A stretch of 64,000 bases of DNA. Source: an uncultured Alteromonas sp. (lineage in GTDB: Bacteria > Bacteroidota > Bacteroidia > Flavobacteriales > Flavobacteriaceae). Under the pieces are notes generated by a model, which had not been told where the DNA came from, did no database searches, and was given only the letters and a program-made list of their open reading frames with translations. A program made the translations under genes and the position numbers. The stretch lies in the NCBI GenBank assembly GCA_964495885.1, contig CAZBWO010000011.1:18933-82932 (forward strand), written 5' to 3'. Shown piece by piece: positions 1-10,267 of the stretch; the stretch's first letter is position 1; every line of letters begins with the position of its first letter.

Positions 1-1
1 C

Positions 2-157
2 TCTAGCAGAAGACTACTGGCAGAAATACGAAAAGCTCATAATAAGCAAGACCATCAATTGGTCACTTACTATGAGCTCGCCGATAGATTAGGCATGCAA
101 AAGGATATGGTCCTTCGGTATATCAACAACCAATTGGTCGTTCAAGAGGAAGAATAA
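2..157 (+). CDS. 3' end of a gene that begins upstream of the window (function unknown)
   Basis: Open frame from the window edge to TAA at 155-157 (...LVTYYELADRLGMQKDMVLRYINNQLVVQEEE*). It is too short for the ORF track and no family was recognised. Confidence 0.3.
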   Translation, partial: SSRRLLAEIRKAHNKQDHQLVTYYELADRLGMQKDMVLRYINNQLVVQEEE

Positions 158-185
158 TCCGTTGCACGTTAATCATGTAAGGGAG

Positions 186-371
<186 letters not shown>

Positions 372-482
372 TTAACCTAAAGATAGGGCACAAACCCGTG
401 GGATATTCTTTAGGATTCGTTAAAATAGGGCTATCTTGTATCTACTTTAACGCAATTTAGGAGGGCTTTAAGAAAATAAACC

Positions 483-1067
483 ATGACAGATCCCAAAGTA
501 GACCCCATTTTTGAAAACGCTACCCAATGGAAAGAACCCATGTTGCTCCTTCGGGAGTTGGTCTTGGAAGCCGGCCTTACCGAAGCCTGCAAGTGGCGGC
601 AAGCTTGTTACACCTACAAAGGGACCAATGTGGCCATTATTAGTGCATTTAAGGAATACTGTTCCCTAAATTTCTTTAAAGGATCGCTGCTGAAGGATCC
701 AGAGGGGATGCTTATTCAGCAAACAGAGAATGTACAGGCAACGCGTCAGTTACGCTTTACGGAAGCCACAGCAGTAAAAGAACAGGCTGAACACATAAGA
801 AGGTTCTTGCAGGAGGCCATTAGGGTAGAGGAAGCAGGCTTAAAAGTAGCCTATAAAAAAACCGAACAGTTTCACGTACCCGAAGAATTAGAGGAAGCGT
901 TTAAGGCAGACCCTAGTTTTAAAGAAGCCTTTGAAGCCTTAACCCCCGGACGGCAACGTGGTTATTTGTTGCATTTTGCACAACCCAAACAATCCCAAAC
1001 CCGAACCGCCCGTATTGATAAAAAGAAGGAAGCTATTTTTAAAGGGAAGGGAATGCACGACCGCTAA
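483..1067 (+). CDS. YdeI/OmpD-associated family protein (DUF1801-type N-terminus)
   Basis: 194 aa. The C-terminal ...TPGRQRGYLLHFAQPKQSQTRTARI... is typical of the YdeI bacteriocin-protection family. ATG start, followed by a terminator. Confidence 0.75.
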   Translation: MTDPKVDPIFENATQWKEPMLLLRELVLEAGLTEACKWRQACYTYKGTNVAIISAFKEYCSLNFFKGSLLKDPEGMLIQQTENVQATRQLRFTEATAVKEQAEHIRRFLQEAIRVEEAGLKVAYKKTEQFHVPEELEEAFKADPSFKEAFEALTPGRQRGYLLHFAQPKQSQTRTARIDKKKEAIFKGKGMHDR

Positions 1068-1090
1068 GGGTATTCAACATACTGAAAATT

Positions 1091-1124
1091 AAAAAACCCC
1101 TTCCAAAACGGAAGGGGTTTTTTG
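1091..1124. terminator. Bidirectional rho-independent terminator between convergent genes
   Basis: aaaaaaCCCCTTCCaaaacGGAAGGGGtttttt. This is an 8-bp GC-rich stem (1097-1104 / 1110-1117) flanked by an A-run and a T-run. Confidence 0.75.
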
Positions 1125-1162
1125 TATCATCCAGTACTTTAAAGAAAGCACTATATAATTGC

Positions 1163-4100
1163 TTATCGTTTAATTAAACGTTTTACGGTAGATTGACCTT
1201 CACCGGCAATCTGCACCATGTACACTCCGGAAGCAAGGGCAGAAACATCAACTTGACGTTCGGTACCCATGTTGGAAAGATCAAGATCCATTACCAATCT
1301 TCCGTTCATATCAAACACCATGGCAGCCTCTAGTTGAATACCACTCTGGTTGCCCAAAGTTACCCATTGGTCTGCGGGGTTAGGATATAGTTTAATACCA
1401 CTTGCAAGGGCATTGTCTTCGTTTCCTAGTACACTTTCTACGGTAAGTTCGAACGTACAACATCCTTCGTTACCATACTCATCTGTAGAACATAGGCTAA
1501 TGGTGTATACACCATCTGATAATAATGTTCCAGGAGCAGGGTCCTGACTAAAGATGGTCAACGGATCTGTACAGTTATCTGCTGCAGTAGCTTCACCAGT
1601 ATCAAAATAATCTGGCAAGACGTAGAACAGGTTGTTTGGTCCTGGGTCTACGGTTTGGTCTGCAGGACAAGTAACTTCCGGTCCTAGCAAGTCTACCACA
1701 GTTACCACGGAAGTACAAGAGGCCAAGTTTCCGCTTGGGTCACTCGCAAAGACCGTTACGGTTACAGGGGTTCCAATATCATCACAAGAGAACTCATCAA
1801 TGTCTACTGCCAATACGGAGATACCACAAGCATCGAACGAAAGTGGTCCGCCTGGGATTTCAATAAAGAAGGCATCACCATCAGAATTGTTCAATACTAC
1901 CGTCCAGTTGGCAGGCGCAAATTGTCCTGTAAATCCGGGTTGGAAGTTGGTGATAATAGTTTCACTATTTCCGAAGCCATTGTCATCTGTATCCACACGG
2001 AAGGCAAATACATCACCCGCTGTTAGGTTTACAGTGGTGTTACCACTTTGGTTACCTAACAAGTCATCTGTAAGCTGGTTATAGGTACCATTCAATACAT
2101 ATCCAAAACTATCAAAGCCAGGAATATCATTGGTGGTGTAGTCCCAATCAAAGGAGATGGTTTCATTTGCGGTTACGTTCACCTCAAAATCTGTTTCACC
2201 AGCCGTACCAGAAGCATTATCTGAACCAATCACCATGGCATTGTAGGTGGTAGGTGTAGATGCCAATAGGTCTTCAGGTACAATGGTAGCCATTCCGTTT
2301 TCATCAAGCTCTATGGTAATATCCTGACAAACAAGAATAGGATCTGTTTCATCAATTACGTTTACTGTTGCAACACAAGTGGCAGTATTTCCACTTGCAT
2401 CGGTAACCGTAACTTCCACTTGGTTTTCCCCAACATTGGAACAATCAAAATCTATGGTAGGATTAGGCGTTCCAGCACCTCCGGTGTTATAATAAATGGT
2501 TCCGTTGAAAATTCGAGGGGAGAATACCGTTCCGAAAGGATAACTTACGGAAGCACCTTCCAGGATTTCCATATTGGCATCACTTGCAAATAGATCACCA
2601 ACGGCAGTTCCTACGGTATAGTTGAAACCAGCACCTGCTACTTTATCATCGGAAGCGATGTAGAAGGCGTGGGTTTCCCCAGCATTCACTTGGTAGTTCA
2701 AGCTAAGGTTCAATGGAGTTGGGAGTCCGTCTCCCGCAGAAACCACCCCAGTTACGGTCTCTAACAGCGTCCAGTCTCCTGGGTTGTTTTCAGAACCAAC
2801 GTGGGTACCTAATTTTGCATAGATTTCGATATCCATCACGGCACCGTCATCTAAGTTTACATCAAAGGTGTTGATGGTCATATCTGAAAGGATGTTCACA
2901 TCAAACATGGGGCTTCTAATCCCACTTCCACCTGCGAAGGTAGTGGTTAAGTCTCCGGGCATAGGAGCACCGCCAGCTACCGTTACTTCATAATCACAAG
3001 CTTCGGTAACACTTACTACTAGATCACTAGCATTTACGGTAGCCATTCCGTTCGCATCCAAAACCACATCATATGCTGCAGAAGTTGGCATCTGGATGGT
3101 TTGTCCTGCATTTAGGTCTCCAGGAGAAGAAGCCATTGGTCCCATCCAGGTAAAGTCTGGGTAATAGGTTCCGGTTCCTGTAAGTTGTAGTGATTCTCCA
3201 ATTGGTGTAGAACCAGGTTCGAACACTCCAATGTCTGTAGAAGTCATTCCATCTGCAACTCCACCTACAGCGGTAAAGCTTCCTTCATAACTTAGGAATT
3301 GGATAACGTTTCCATTTTGAGCTAATACAATTCCATCTGGCGCTCCATTTTGGATTCCGGAGATGGCAAAGTTTACAGCACCATATCCGCTTCCTTCATC
3401 ATCAATAGTTCCTGAAAGCGCTACGGTATTATATTCAGCACCACCATTTCCATTGTAAAGAACAAGGGAGTAGGTACTAAGGTCTGTTCCGGCAGGTCCA
3501 GCCACTTCGATGGCTTCATCTTGATCGGCACCTGTGTTATCATAATGAATTTCATTGATAAACACAGAAGGCCCGGAAGCTTCGCCCACACAGATAATCT
3601 CTGGAGCGGTGTTATCTTCAACAGTTACGGTAGCTGTACAGGTACTTTGGTTCCCAGCAGCGTCTGTAACAATTAAATCTACCATTTGCATACCTACATC
3701 ATCACATGTGAATGTAATGGAAGGGGCAGCAGGGCCACCACCACCGGCAGGTACGTATAATAACGATTTGATTACCCCTTCAAATCCATCTGGATTTAGG
3801 ATAACGTTGGTAGTTTGTGTGTTTAGGTCTATAGTGTAAATGGTGTTACAAGAACCAGTTCCAGAAACAACCATTTTACCTCCGCCAAGGTATTCCATGG
3901 CTTGGGCAGTACCATTTCCAGCTCCTGTACAAGGAGCAAAGGAGAACTCTAGGGTTGCGGTTCCTGCTAAGTCTATGGAGTATAAATCTGTAATAGATCC
4001 AAAACCTGTTACGTAAATAATCTCATCATTGTCATAATCATAGGCAAGTCCCATCGCCCCATTTGTAGAAGGTACAGTAGTAAAGGCACTTGTAGTCATA

Positions 4101-5527
4101 GTTCCAATATCTAGGGTGTTGATTTGCCCATTAGAGAAAGAAACGTAGAGTGTTCCATCTGGAGCAAATACCATAGAGTTGGCATTTCCGCCTCCTCCTG
4201 CAGAAACTAGGTCACCCAATTCTGCACCAAGGGTATTTGTATCAAGATCATATTCAAACAATGCTCTGTTAAAAGTAGTAGGAGAATCTGCAATAAGGTA
4301 TACTTGTCCGTCTACTGGATTATAGTCTATGTGAACACTGTTTCCTAAAGAAGTATCTCCGTAAGGATCATCTACAAGCGTGATGGCATCTGTAACAGGG
4401 TCATAATCATATCTTCCCAAGTTGCTAGGTGCTCCAACAAATCCAGGGATAAGGGCATATAATCCTACTGGAGCATTTACTGTTGCTCCCCCAAGGCTTA
4501 CTTCTAGGGTACTTACCCCACAGTTATCGGTACTACCGCCATCAATTTCAGCGGCGTTCATGGTATACATCCCATTCGCATCCAATTCTACAGTAATGTC
4601 TTGGCATACTGCTACTGGAGCTTCTGTATCTTCAACAATCACATTGAAAGAACAGCTTACCGTGTTATTATCACTATCTGTAGCTTCATAAGTTACTACA
4701 GTGGTTCCTACGGGGAACATACTCCCGGAGGTAGGACCAGCCGTTTGGGTAACAGGGATAACTCCATCCTCTGGGTCAAAGGCAATAGGGTCTGTAAAGT
4801 TCACAACGGCAGAACAAACTCCTGCATCATTGGGAACGGTAATATCCATTGGACAGGAAATTGAAGGAGGGTTGCCACTTCCCAATCCTGAAACAATAAA
4901 GTTATCTACTGCAAAATCTTCATCTCCTGCATCTACGGAAACCGTAAGTCTTAGGTCTAGGGTAGTTCCAGTTCCGGCAATTGATTTTATGAAGGTTTCG
5001 GCAGTTCCTGTAAGAACGGTACCATCACCAATTCCATCAAAGTTCGTATCCTCACTAAAATTCCCATTGAAGTTTCCGTTGGATTCATCTCCTTCAAAAG
5101 CAATTAAATTCTGGTATCCGCCACCATCTATTTGGTATTGTACCAAGATGATGTCATTGGCAGCATCAATATCTCCAGGGCTATCGAAGAATTCTGCAAA
5201 ATCGCCACTAAATTCTAAGCTGGCCAGTCCAGAAATGTCTATTCCTGTCCAATCAACAACAATAGGAACGGTAGCACCGTCACCATCTAGGTCCATTCCT
5301 GTAAGGAATCCCCCAGAGAATCCAGTGTAAGCTTTGAGTCCGGAAGGAGCACTCCCGGCGCCCCAATCTCCAACACCTCCTAAGCCATAGAAATCTCCTC
5401 CTCCATCAGAGAAGAAAGCTTCGGAAGACGTAAAGCCAGAAGCGTCATCAAATGTTTCATTGAGTGCTTGTCCGAAGGACATCTGCACAAGAAACACTAA
5501 AGTAAATAGTGTAATAATTTTTTTCAT
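1163..5527 (-). CDS. Giant secreted multidomain surface protein: HYR and Cys-bracketed Ig-like modules, beta-propeller-like region, lamin-tail domain (LTD), T9SS type-A C-terminal sorting domain
   Basis: The track ORF starts at TTG 5554, and ATG 5527 gives the signal peptide MKKIITLFTLVFLVQMSFGQ. HYR-like: PPSISCPMDITVPNDAGVCSAVVNF...VSCSFNVIVEDTEAP. LTD: VFINEIHYDNTGADQDEAIEVAGPAGTDLSTYSLVLYNGNGG. T9SS CTD: IKLYPNPADQWVTL...SGVYMVQIAGEGQSTVKRLIKR. Confidence 0.85.
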   Translation of the reverse strand: MKKIITLFTLVFLVQMSFGQALNETFDDASGFTSSEAFFSDGGGDFYGLGGVGDWGAGSAPSGLKAYTGFSGGFLTGMDLDGDGATVPIVVDWTGIDISGLASLEFSGDFAEFFDSPGDIDAANDIILVQYQIDGGGYQNLIAFEGDESNGNFNGNFSEDTNFDGIGDGTVLTGTAETFIKSIAGTGTTLDLRLTVSVDAGDEDFAVDNFIVSGLGSGNPPSISCPMDITVPNDAGVCSAVVNFTDPIAFDPEDGVIPVTQTAGPTSGSMFPVGTTVVTYEATDSDNNTVSCSFNVIVEDTEAPVAVCQDITVELDANGMYTMNAAEIDGGSTDNCGVSTLEVSLGGATVNAPVGLYALIPGFVGAPSNLGRYDYDPVTDAITLVDDPYGDTSLGNSVHIDYNPVDGQVYLIADSPTTFNRALFEYDLDTNTLGAELGDLVSAGGGGNANSMVFAPDGTLYVSFSNGQINTLDIGTMTTSAFTTVPSTNGAMGLAYDYDNDEIIYVTGFGSITDLYSIDLAGTATLEFSFAPCTGAGNGTAQAMEYLGGGKMVVSGTGSCNTIYTIDLNTQTTNVILNPDGFEGVIKSLLYVPAGGGGPAAPSITFTCDDVGMQMVDLIVTDAAGNQSTCTATVTVEDNTAPEIICVGEASGPSVFINEIHYDNTGADQDEAIEVAGPAGTDLSTYSLVLYNGNGGAEYNTVALSGTIDDEGSGYGAVNFAISGIQNGAPDGIVLAQNGNVIQFLSYEGSFTAVGGVADGMTSTDIGVFEPGSTPIGESLQLTGTGTYYPDFTWMGPMASSPGDLNAGQTIQMPTSAAYDVVLDANGMATVNASDLVVSVTEACDYEVTVAGGAPMPGDLTTTFAGGSGIRSPMFDVNILSDMTINTFDVNLDDGAVMDIEIYAKLGTHVGSENNPGDWTLLETVTGVVSAGDGLPTPLNLSLNYQVNAGETHAFYIASDDKVAGAGFNYTVGTAVGDLFASDANMEILEGASVSYPFGTVFSPRIFNGTIYYNTGGAGTPNPTIDFDCSNVGENQVEVTVTDASGNTATCVATVNVIDETDPILVCQDITIELDENGMATIVPEDLLASTPTTYNAMVIGSDNASGTAGETDFEVNVTANETISFDWDYTTNDIPGFDSFGYVLNGTYNQLTDDLLGNQSGNTTVNLTAGDVFAFRVDTDDNGFGNSETIITNFQPGFTGQFAPANWTVVLNNSDGDAFFIEIPGGPLSFDACGISVLAVDIDEFSCDDIGTPVTVTVFASDPSGNLASCTSVVTVVDLLGPEVTCPADQTVDPGPNNLFYVLPDYFDTGEATAADNCTDPLTIFSQDPAPGTLLSDGVYTISLCSTDEYGNEGCCTFELTVESVLGNEDNALASGIKLYPNPADQWVTLGNQSGIQLEAAMVFDMNGRLVMDLDLSNMGTERQVDVSALASGVYMVQIAGEGQSTVKRLIKR

Positions 5528-5632
5528 AGTTGAATTAATTTTAATAGTCACCAAATATACTTCCTTCCAAGGTGAATTCCTTGGATTTTCAGATTAAATT
5601 AATGTAAAGAGAGGAGACAAAAAGAAGGATGA

Positions 5633-6637
5633 TCAATCTAGCTTTTCGGTTAACTTGCTAAATACTTTTTTAGGGCTTTTGTTTTCATAAAGTACATTAT
5701 AGACTGCTTTGATAATAGGTATCTTTGCTTTTTTCTTTCCTTTGGCTTCGTTGAGTTCATAGGCACTTTTGGTAGCGTAATATCCTTCTGCGACCATATT
5801 CATTTCCATCATGGCACTTTTAACGGTATAGCCTTTGCCAATCATGTTTCCAAACATACGGTTTCTACTGAAGGTAGAATAGCCTGTAACCAACAGGTCT
5901 CCTAAATAGGCAGAACCGTTGATATCTCTTTTCATCTTATGTACTTTTTTTACATAGCGTTTCATTTCCCTTATGGCATTGCTCATAAGCACACTTTGAA
6001 AATTATCCCCATAACCCAAACCATGGGCTATTCCTGCTGCAAGTGCGTAGATGTTTTTTAGCATTGCAGCGTACTCTGTTCCAATGATGTCATCACTGGT
6101 GGTACATTTTATATAATCACTGGAAAGTACATCGGCTACTTGCTGTGCTTTTTTCTCATCTGCACAGGCAATGGTTAGATAGGAAAGTCGCTCAAGGGCT
6201 ACTTCTTCTGCATGACAAGGACCCGTAATGACCCCAATATCCTGAAAAGGAATTGAATAATTGGTGTAAAAATGATCCCCAACAATTAAACTGGTTTCTG
6301 GAACAATTCCCTTAATAGCAGAGAAAACTACTTTCCCTTTCAAAGGAGTGGTGATTTTTTGAAGTTCAGCTTCCAAAAAGGCTGAAGGAATCACAAAAAT
6401 GAGATAGTCTGCATAAGCAACCATTTCATTGATATCATTGCTTAATTTTAGCTTTGTGACATCAAACTCAACCGAGCTGAGATAGTTGGGGTTGTGGTAT
6501 TCTTTTTTGAGATGTTCCAAAGCGTATACACTGCGCATGTACCATCCAACTTCTTCAAGATTTTCTGATAGCATTTTTACAATAGCAGTTGCCCAGCTCC
6601 CCCCTCCAAATACTGCAAATGTTTTTTTGGTCGCCAT
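5633..6637 (-). CDS. gpsA: NAD(P)H-dependent glycerol-3-phosphate dehydrogenase
   Basis: 334 aa. N-terminal Rossmann FAVFGGGSWATA, GpsA-typical length and motifs (...NMVAEGYYATKS...). Confidence 0.93.
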   Translation of the reverse strand: MATKKTFAVFGGGSWATAIVKMLSENLEEVGWYMRSVYALEHLKKEYHNPNYLSSVEFDVTKLKLSNDINEMVAYADYLIFVIPSAFLEAELQKITTPLKGKVVFSAIKGIVPETSLIVGDHFYTNYSIPFQDIGVITGPCHAEEVALERLSYLTIACADEKKAQQVADVLSSDYIKCTTSDDIIGTEYAAMLKNIYALAAGIAHGLGYGDNFQSVLMSNAIREMKRYVKKVHKMKRDINGSAYLGDLLVTGYSTFSRNRMFGNMIGKGYTVKSAMMEMNMVAEGYYATKSAYELNEAKGKKKAKIPIIKAVYNVLYENKSPKKVFSKLTEKLD

Positions 6638-6795
6638 ATGAGATTATTTGGTATTCAAAAATAAGCAAAACCTTTCGCACCCCCTAATTTGAAGTATTAA
6701 GAACAAGTAATGATTTAATGCATTGAAAATTAACATATTACAATTTTGGCATGTTTTTAGATTTTCAAAAAGTATAACCCCTAAAATCGTGTATT

Positions 6796-7713
6796 ATGAA
6801 AAAATGGAAATTACTACTTGGATTAATGTTCGTTACCACGATGTTTACTTCTTGTTATACTGAAGTGATTGTAGAAGATCCTATAGACCCAGTTCCTACC
6901 GTGACCCTTGCTGATATCATGGAGGGTTATGAACTTTGGTATGTAGACATTCACCGTTCCAATGCTCATGGGGAGATTCCTTTTATGCAGATGGCATTTA
7001 CCCTCTCGTTTCGGAATGGAACTTTATATGCCAACAACAATTTGGTTGGGATTGGGGATCAAGGATACGGATTTGGAATAGATATAGGTTTTTACAACAC
7101 CTATTCCAAAACCTTGGAAATTACACATGATATTGATGGGTATCATCAATTTAAAGTAAACCAGTTGAATGCCCATGAAATAGAGTTATATCACCCAGGT
7201 TGGGATGTATACTTTGTATTAGAGGGCTATCAGCGAAATACGTTTGATTATGATGCATTGTTTTATGACAATATCCATTACTTCCTTCAAGAATACTCGG
7301 CTTGGGAAAAAAGTTATACCAGTCCATACGGGGAGCCAAATCCTTTTGATTATGAGAATTACCTTCAATTTCTGCCAGGTGGCGGGGATGGTAATTTCCA
7401 GAGTTCGGAAGATCCAAACGGAATCCCTTATCCTAGTGTTTATTGGGATTACACAGGAATTTATAATGTAGACCCGGTGCAGGGAGATCGTTATCTAAAA
7501 TATTTAACATTAGATTATGATTATATGGGCAATGAATATTTTGAATTGAGCGTTATTGATGACAACACGATTGAATTGTTCCACTCTTTTTCAGCAACGG
7601 TTTACCGATTTAGGGGAAAAGGGTACATTCAATTAAAGAACAGTGCGACAGGAAAGCTTCGTCTTTCCAATGCTGAAATTGAACAACAAATGATCAAGAT
7701 CAGTTCGTTCTAA
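6796..7713 (+). CDS. Lipoprotein of unknown function
   Basis: 305 aa. Signal plus lipobox MKKWKLLLGLMFVTTMFTSC. Rich in aromatic, Asp and Gly residues. No family recognised. Confidence 0.7.
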   Translation: MKKWKLLLGLMFVTTMFTSCYTEVIVEDPIDPVPTVTLADIMEGYELWYVDIHRSNAHGEIPFMQMAFTLSFRNGTLYANNNLVGIGDQGYGFGIDIGFYNTYSKTLEITHDIDGYHQFKVNQLNAHEIELYHPGWDVYFVLEGYQRNTFDYDALFYDNIHYFLQEYSAWEKSYTSPYGEPNPFDYENYLQFLPGGGDGNFQSSEDPNGIPYPSVYWDYTGIYNVDPVQGDRYLKYLTLDYDYMGNEYFELSVIDDNTIELFHSFSATVYRFRGKGYIQLKNSATGKLRLSNAEIEQQMIKISSF

Positions 7714-7769
7714 GTGTTTTTCAAGTCCCTTTAAAGGGCACTGAATAATTTTTGGTTGGTTATTTAGTT

Positions 7770-7813
7770 GAAACCGTCTCATCCATTCTTCGGATAGGGC
7801 GGTTTCTTTTTTT
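7770..7813 (+). terminator. Probable rho-independent terminator of the 6796-7713 gene
   Basis: GAAACCG...ATCC(attcttc)GGAT...CGGTTTC followed by a T7 run (7807-7813). The stem has an internal loop and the T-run touches the nadD stop. Confidence 0.45.
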
Positions 7814-8402
7814 ATTTATAGAAATTCATCTCGTCTAGATACTGCCAAACATTGTGGGGTAATAACGGACGGATATTTTTTCCATCCTTTATGGCATTCC
7901 GTATAAATGTTGCTGAAATTTCCATAATAGGGGCTTTGACGGTATGGATTTGAGGATGGTTTTTGAATGCTTCGGTATGCTCTCCATCTGAAATTCTAGG
8001 ATAGACATAAAGTTCGTAGTTGGCCAACAACACTTCGTAGTTTTTCCATTTGTGTAATCCTTTCAAATTGTCTTCCCCCATGATAAGGCAAAATTGCTGC
8101 TCTGGATAGCGTTCATCCAAATGAGCCAACGTATTTACCGTATAGTTTGGTTGTGGAAGGTCAAATTCAATATTACTGGCTTTTAGCTTTGGGTAATCTT
8201 CTACGGCTATGCGTACCATTGCCAAGCGATGTAAGTCATCTAAAAGGGTTTTCTTTTTTTTGTGTGGATTATGCGGTGTGACCACCATCCAAACTTCTTC
8301 CAAATCACTAAACTCCACAAGATGGTTAGCAATTGCCAAATGCCCAATGTGGATGGGATTAAAGGTTCCAAAAAAGAGTCCGATTTTCTTACGGGTTCTC
8401 AT
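7812..8402 (-). CDS. nadD: Nicotinate-nucleotide adenylyltransferase
   Basis: GLFFGTFNPIHIGH (HxGH nucleotidyltransferase motif). The track start (8432) overlaps gmk, and ATG at 8402 (MRTRKKIGLFF...) lies 1 nt after the gmk stop. Confidence 0.9.
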   Translation of the reverse strand: MRTRKKIGLFFGTFNPIHIGHLAIANHLVEFSDLEEVWMVVTPHNPHKKKKTLLDDLHRLAMVRIAVEDYPKLKASNIEFDLPQPNYTVNTLAHLDERYPEQQFCLIMGEDNLKGLHKWKNYEVLLANYELYVYPRISDGEHTEAFKNHPQIHTVKAPIMEISATFIRNAIKDGKNIRPLLPHNVWQYLDEMNFYK

Positions 8403-8403
8403 A

Positions 8404-8997
8404 CTATTCTTCTTCTTCAGATGAAAGGCCAATATGTTTTGCCACTAAGGCTTCGGCTTGTTCCAGTGCAAGGTCTAGTTTGTCATTCACGATGATATGA
8501 TCAAACTGTGGTGCGGTGGCCATTTCAATGGAAGCCTTTGCAACCCGCATATTAATTTTATCCTCACTTTCGGTTTTGCGTTTTTTTAGCCTAATTTTCA
8601 ACTCATCTACACTAGGAGGCTTTACAAAAACAGCTAAAGTTTCCGAAGGGAATTTTTTCTTGATTCGTAATCCACCCACCACATCAATATCAAAAATCAC
8701 ATTTTTCCCCTTCTTCCAAATTCGCTCCACTTCCTTTTTAAGCGTTCCGTAGAAATTATCCCTGTAGACTTCTTCCCACTCCAAAAAGTCTCCATTTTTG
8801 ATGTGCTGCTTAAATTGTTTCGTGCTCATGAAATAGTAGTCCACGCCATCCTGCTCATGTTCACGTGGTTCCCTGGAAGTAGCAGAAATGGAAAACTCCA
8901 GATTAAGGTGTTCCTGAACCAACAAGTGCCTTACAATGGTGGTTTTTCCACTTCCGGAAGGCGCCGAAAAAACAATTAATTTCCCGCCTTTTTTCAT
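8404..8997 (-). CDS. gmk: Guanylate kinase
   Basis: P-loop SAPSGSGKTT plus ...ISATSREPREHEQDGVDYYF... typical of Gmk. Its ATG overlaps the yicC stop by 1 nt. Confidence 0.95.
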   Translation of the reverse strand: MKKGGKLIVFSAPSGSGKTTIVRHLLVQEHLNLEFSISATSREPREHEQDGVDYYFMSTKQFKQHIKNGDFLEWEEVYRDNFYGTLKKEVERIWKKGKNVIFDIDVVGGLRIKKKFPSETLAVFVKPPSVDELKIRLKKRKTESEDKINMRVAKASIEMATAPQFDHIIVNDKLDLALEQAEALVAKHIGLSSEEEE

Positions 8998-9854
8998 TAG
9001 AGTACGTTTAAAGCTTGTTCTTTTATTTTCTCCAGTTCATCTTTCATTTGTACGACCAATTGTTGCATGGGGGCATAGTTAGCTTTGCTGCCAATAGTGT
9101 TGATTTCCCGACCAATTTCCTGTGAAATGAAGCCCAGTTTTTTTCCGTTGGAGTCTGAAGAGGATAACGTTTCCAGAAAATAGTCCAGATGGTTTTTTAA
9201 ACGAACTTTTTCTTCGGTGATATCGTATTTTTCCAAATAGTAGATGAGTTCCTGTTCAAAGCGGTTGGCATCCACGTCTGTTTTTAAATCTGCTACTGCT
9301 TTTTCCAATCTGGTTCGTACATGAGCAATACGCTCTGTGTCTATAGTTTCAACTTGCATCAAAAGATCTGCAATAGTGTTGATGCGGTTTTTAAAGTCGG
9401 TTTCCAACACCTTTCCTTCATCACTTCGGTATTCAATAATCGCATCCAAAGCTTCATTTACTGAATCTAGGATTTGCTGAAATTCATCTTCGTTAATTTC
9501 ATCCCGTTCGGTTGTTAGGGTATCTGGCAACCTGATAGCCATTTTAAGCAATTCGGCATCGTTTACATCAACCACATTCTTTAATTGATTCATATAACCT
9601 TTTACCACTACTTCATTCACTACGGAAGTTGTTGTTTCCCCTGAAATCTCTACATAAAGATTGAAATCAATTTTTCCGCGGATGAGTGCTTTCGCCAAAT
9701 GATCCCGAAGCGTCATTTCTTTTTCCCGATAGTGGGAGGGCATACGTGCGTTAAGATCTAGGTTTTTGCTGTTCAGCGATTTGATCTCAATGCTGATTTT
9801 TTTGGAGGGTAATTGTAGGATACTTTTCCCGTATCCAGTCATGGATTGAATCAT
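8997..9854 (-). CDS. yicC: YicC-family stress-induced protein (endoribonuclease family)
   Basis: 285 aa. N-terminus MIQSMTGYGKS and C-terminal ...GFISQEIGREINTIGSKAN... are YicC hallmarks. Confidence 0.9.
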   Translation of the reverse strand: MIQSMTGYGKSILQLPSKKISIEIKSLNSKNLDLNARMPSHYREKEMTLRDHLAKALIRGKIDFNLYVEISGETTTSVVNEVVVKGYMNQLKNVVDVNDAELLKMAIRLPDTLTTERDEINEDEFQQILDSVNEALDAIIEYRSDEGKVLETDFKNRINTIADLLMQVETIDTERIAHVRTRLEKAVADLKTDVDANRFEQELIYYLEKYDITEEKVRLKNHLDYFLETLSSSDSNGKKLGFISQEIGREINTIGSKANYAPMQQLVVQMKDELEKIKEQALNVL

Positions 9855-9907
9855 ACCTTAAAAAATTGGACACAAAGTTACAATTTTAAGCCCAAAGGGT
9901 GTGGGGA

Positions 9908-10261
9908 TTATTTTGGATTCCCGTTTTTATCAAAATAACGGTCCAAATAGCGCTCAGTGAACCAAAAAGTTGATACAATGAGCAAAGTGTTGCCAGCGAT
10001 TGTTACGAGTATGTTGTAGTTTGGAAACAGGAAATAACCAATAGCTGGTATGAGTAAGCTGTACCAACAAACTTTTACCATGAATACACTGGAGTATGTG
10101 TTAGCTGACTTCCAAACTTTTTCATTGGCCATGGATCTACGGGTTCTGTAGCCATACCACCAATTAATTTTTTTAGGAGGATTCTTCTGAAATATATAGG
10201 CCAATAATAACATGAATATGCAGTATCCTAAACTGGCATAGAGTTGAACTTCTGCATCCAT
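9908..10261 (-). CDS. SdpI-family integral membrane protein
   Basis: 117 aa, 3-4 TM. NWWYGYRTRRSMANEKVWKSAN matches the SdpI/YfhL signature. It lies 6 nt downstream of the DUF1080 gene. Confidence 0.65.
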   Translation of the reverse strand: MDAEVQLYASLGYCIFMLLLAYIFQKNPPKKINWWYGYRTRRSMANEKVWKSANTYSSVFMVKVCWYSLLIPAIGYFLFPNYNILVTIAGNTLLIVSTFWFTERYLDRYFDKNGNPK

Positions 10262-10267
10262 GTGCTG

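Noticed and set aside
1350-5330. Seven plus-strand ORFs (65-209 aa) lying inside the giant minus-strand gene
   Set aside because: All are antisense to a strongly supported 1.45-kaa CDS. Their translations are low-complexity (S/P/T/V-rich) mirror images of a G/T/D/V-rich protein, with no motifs. They are shadow ORFs.
1163-5554. Horizontally acquired island, suggested by an apparently higher G+C content in the giant gene
   Set aside because: The bias is explained by the Gly/Thr/Asp/Val/Ala-rich protein composition. No flanking tRNA, integrase or repeats are present. I cannot compute GC skew here, so no claim is made.
5566-5589. Hairpin TCCAAGGtgaattCCTTGGA + TTTT between gpsA and the giant gene
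   Set aside because: The T-run is on the plus strand, where no gene ends. On the coding (minus) strand the hairpin lacks a T-tract. It could be a weak gpsA terminator or a 5'-UTR structure, but support is insufficient to call a feature.
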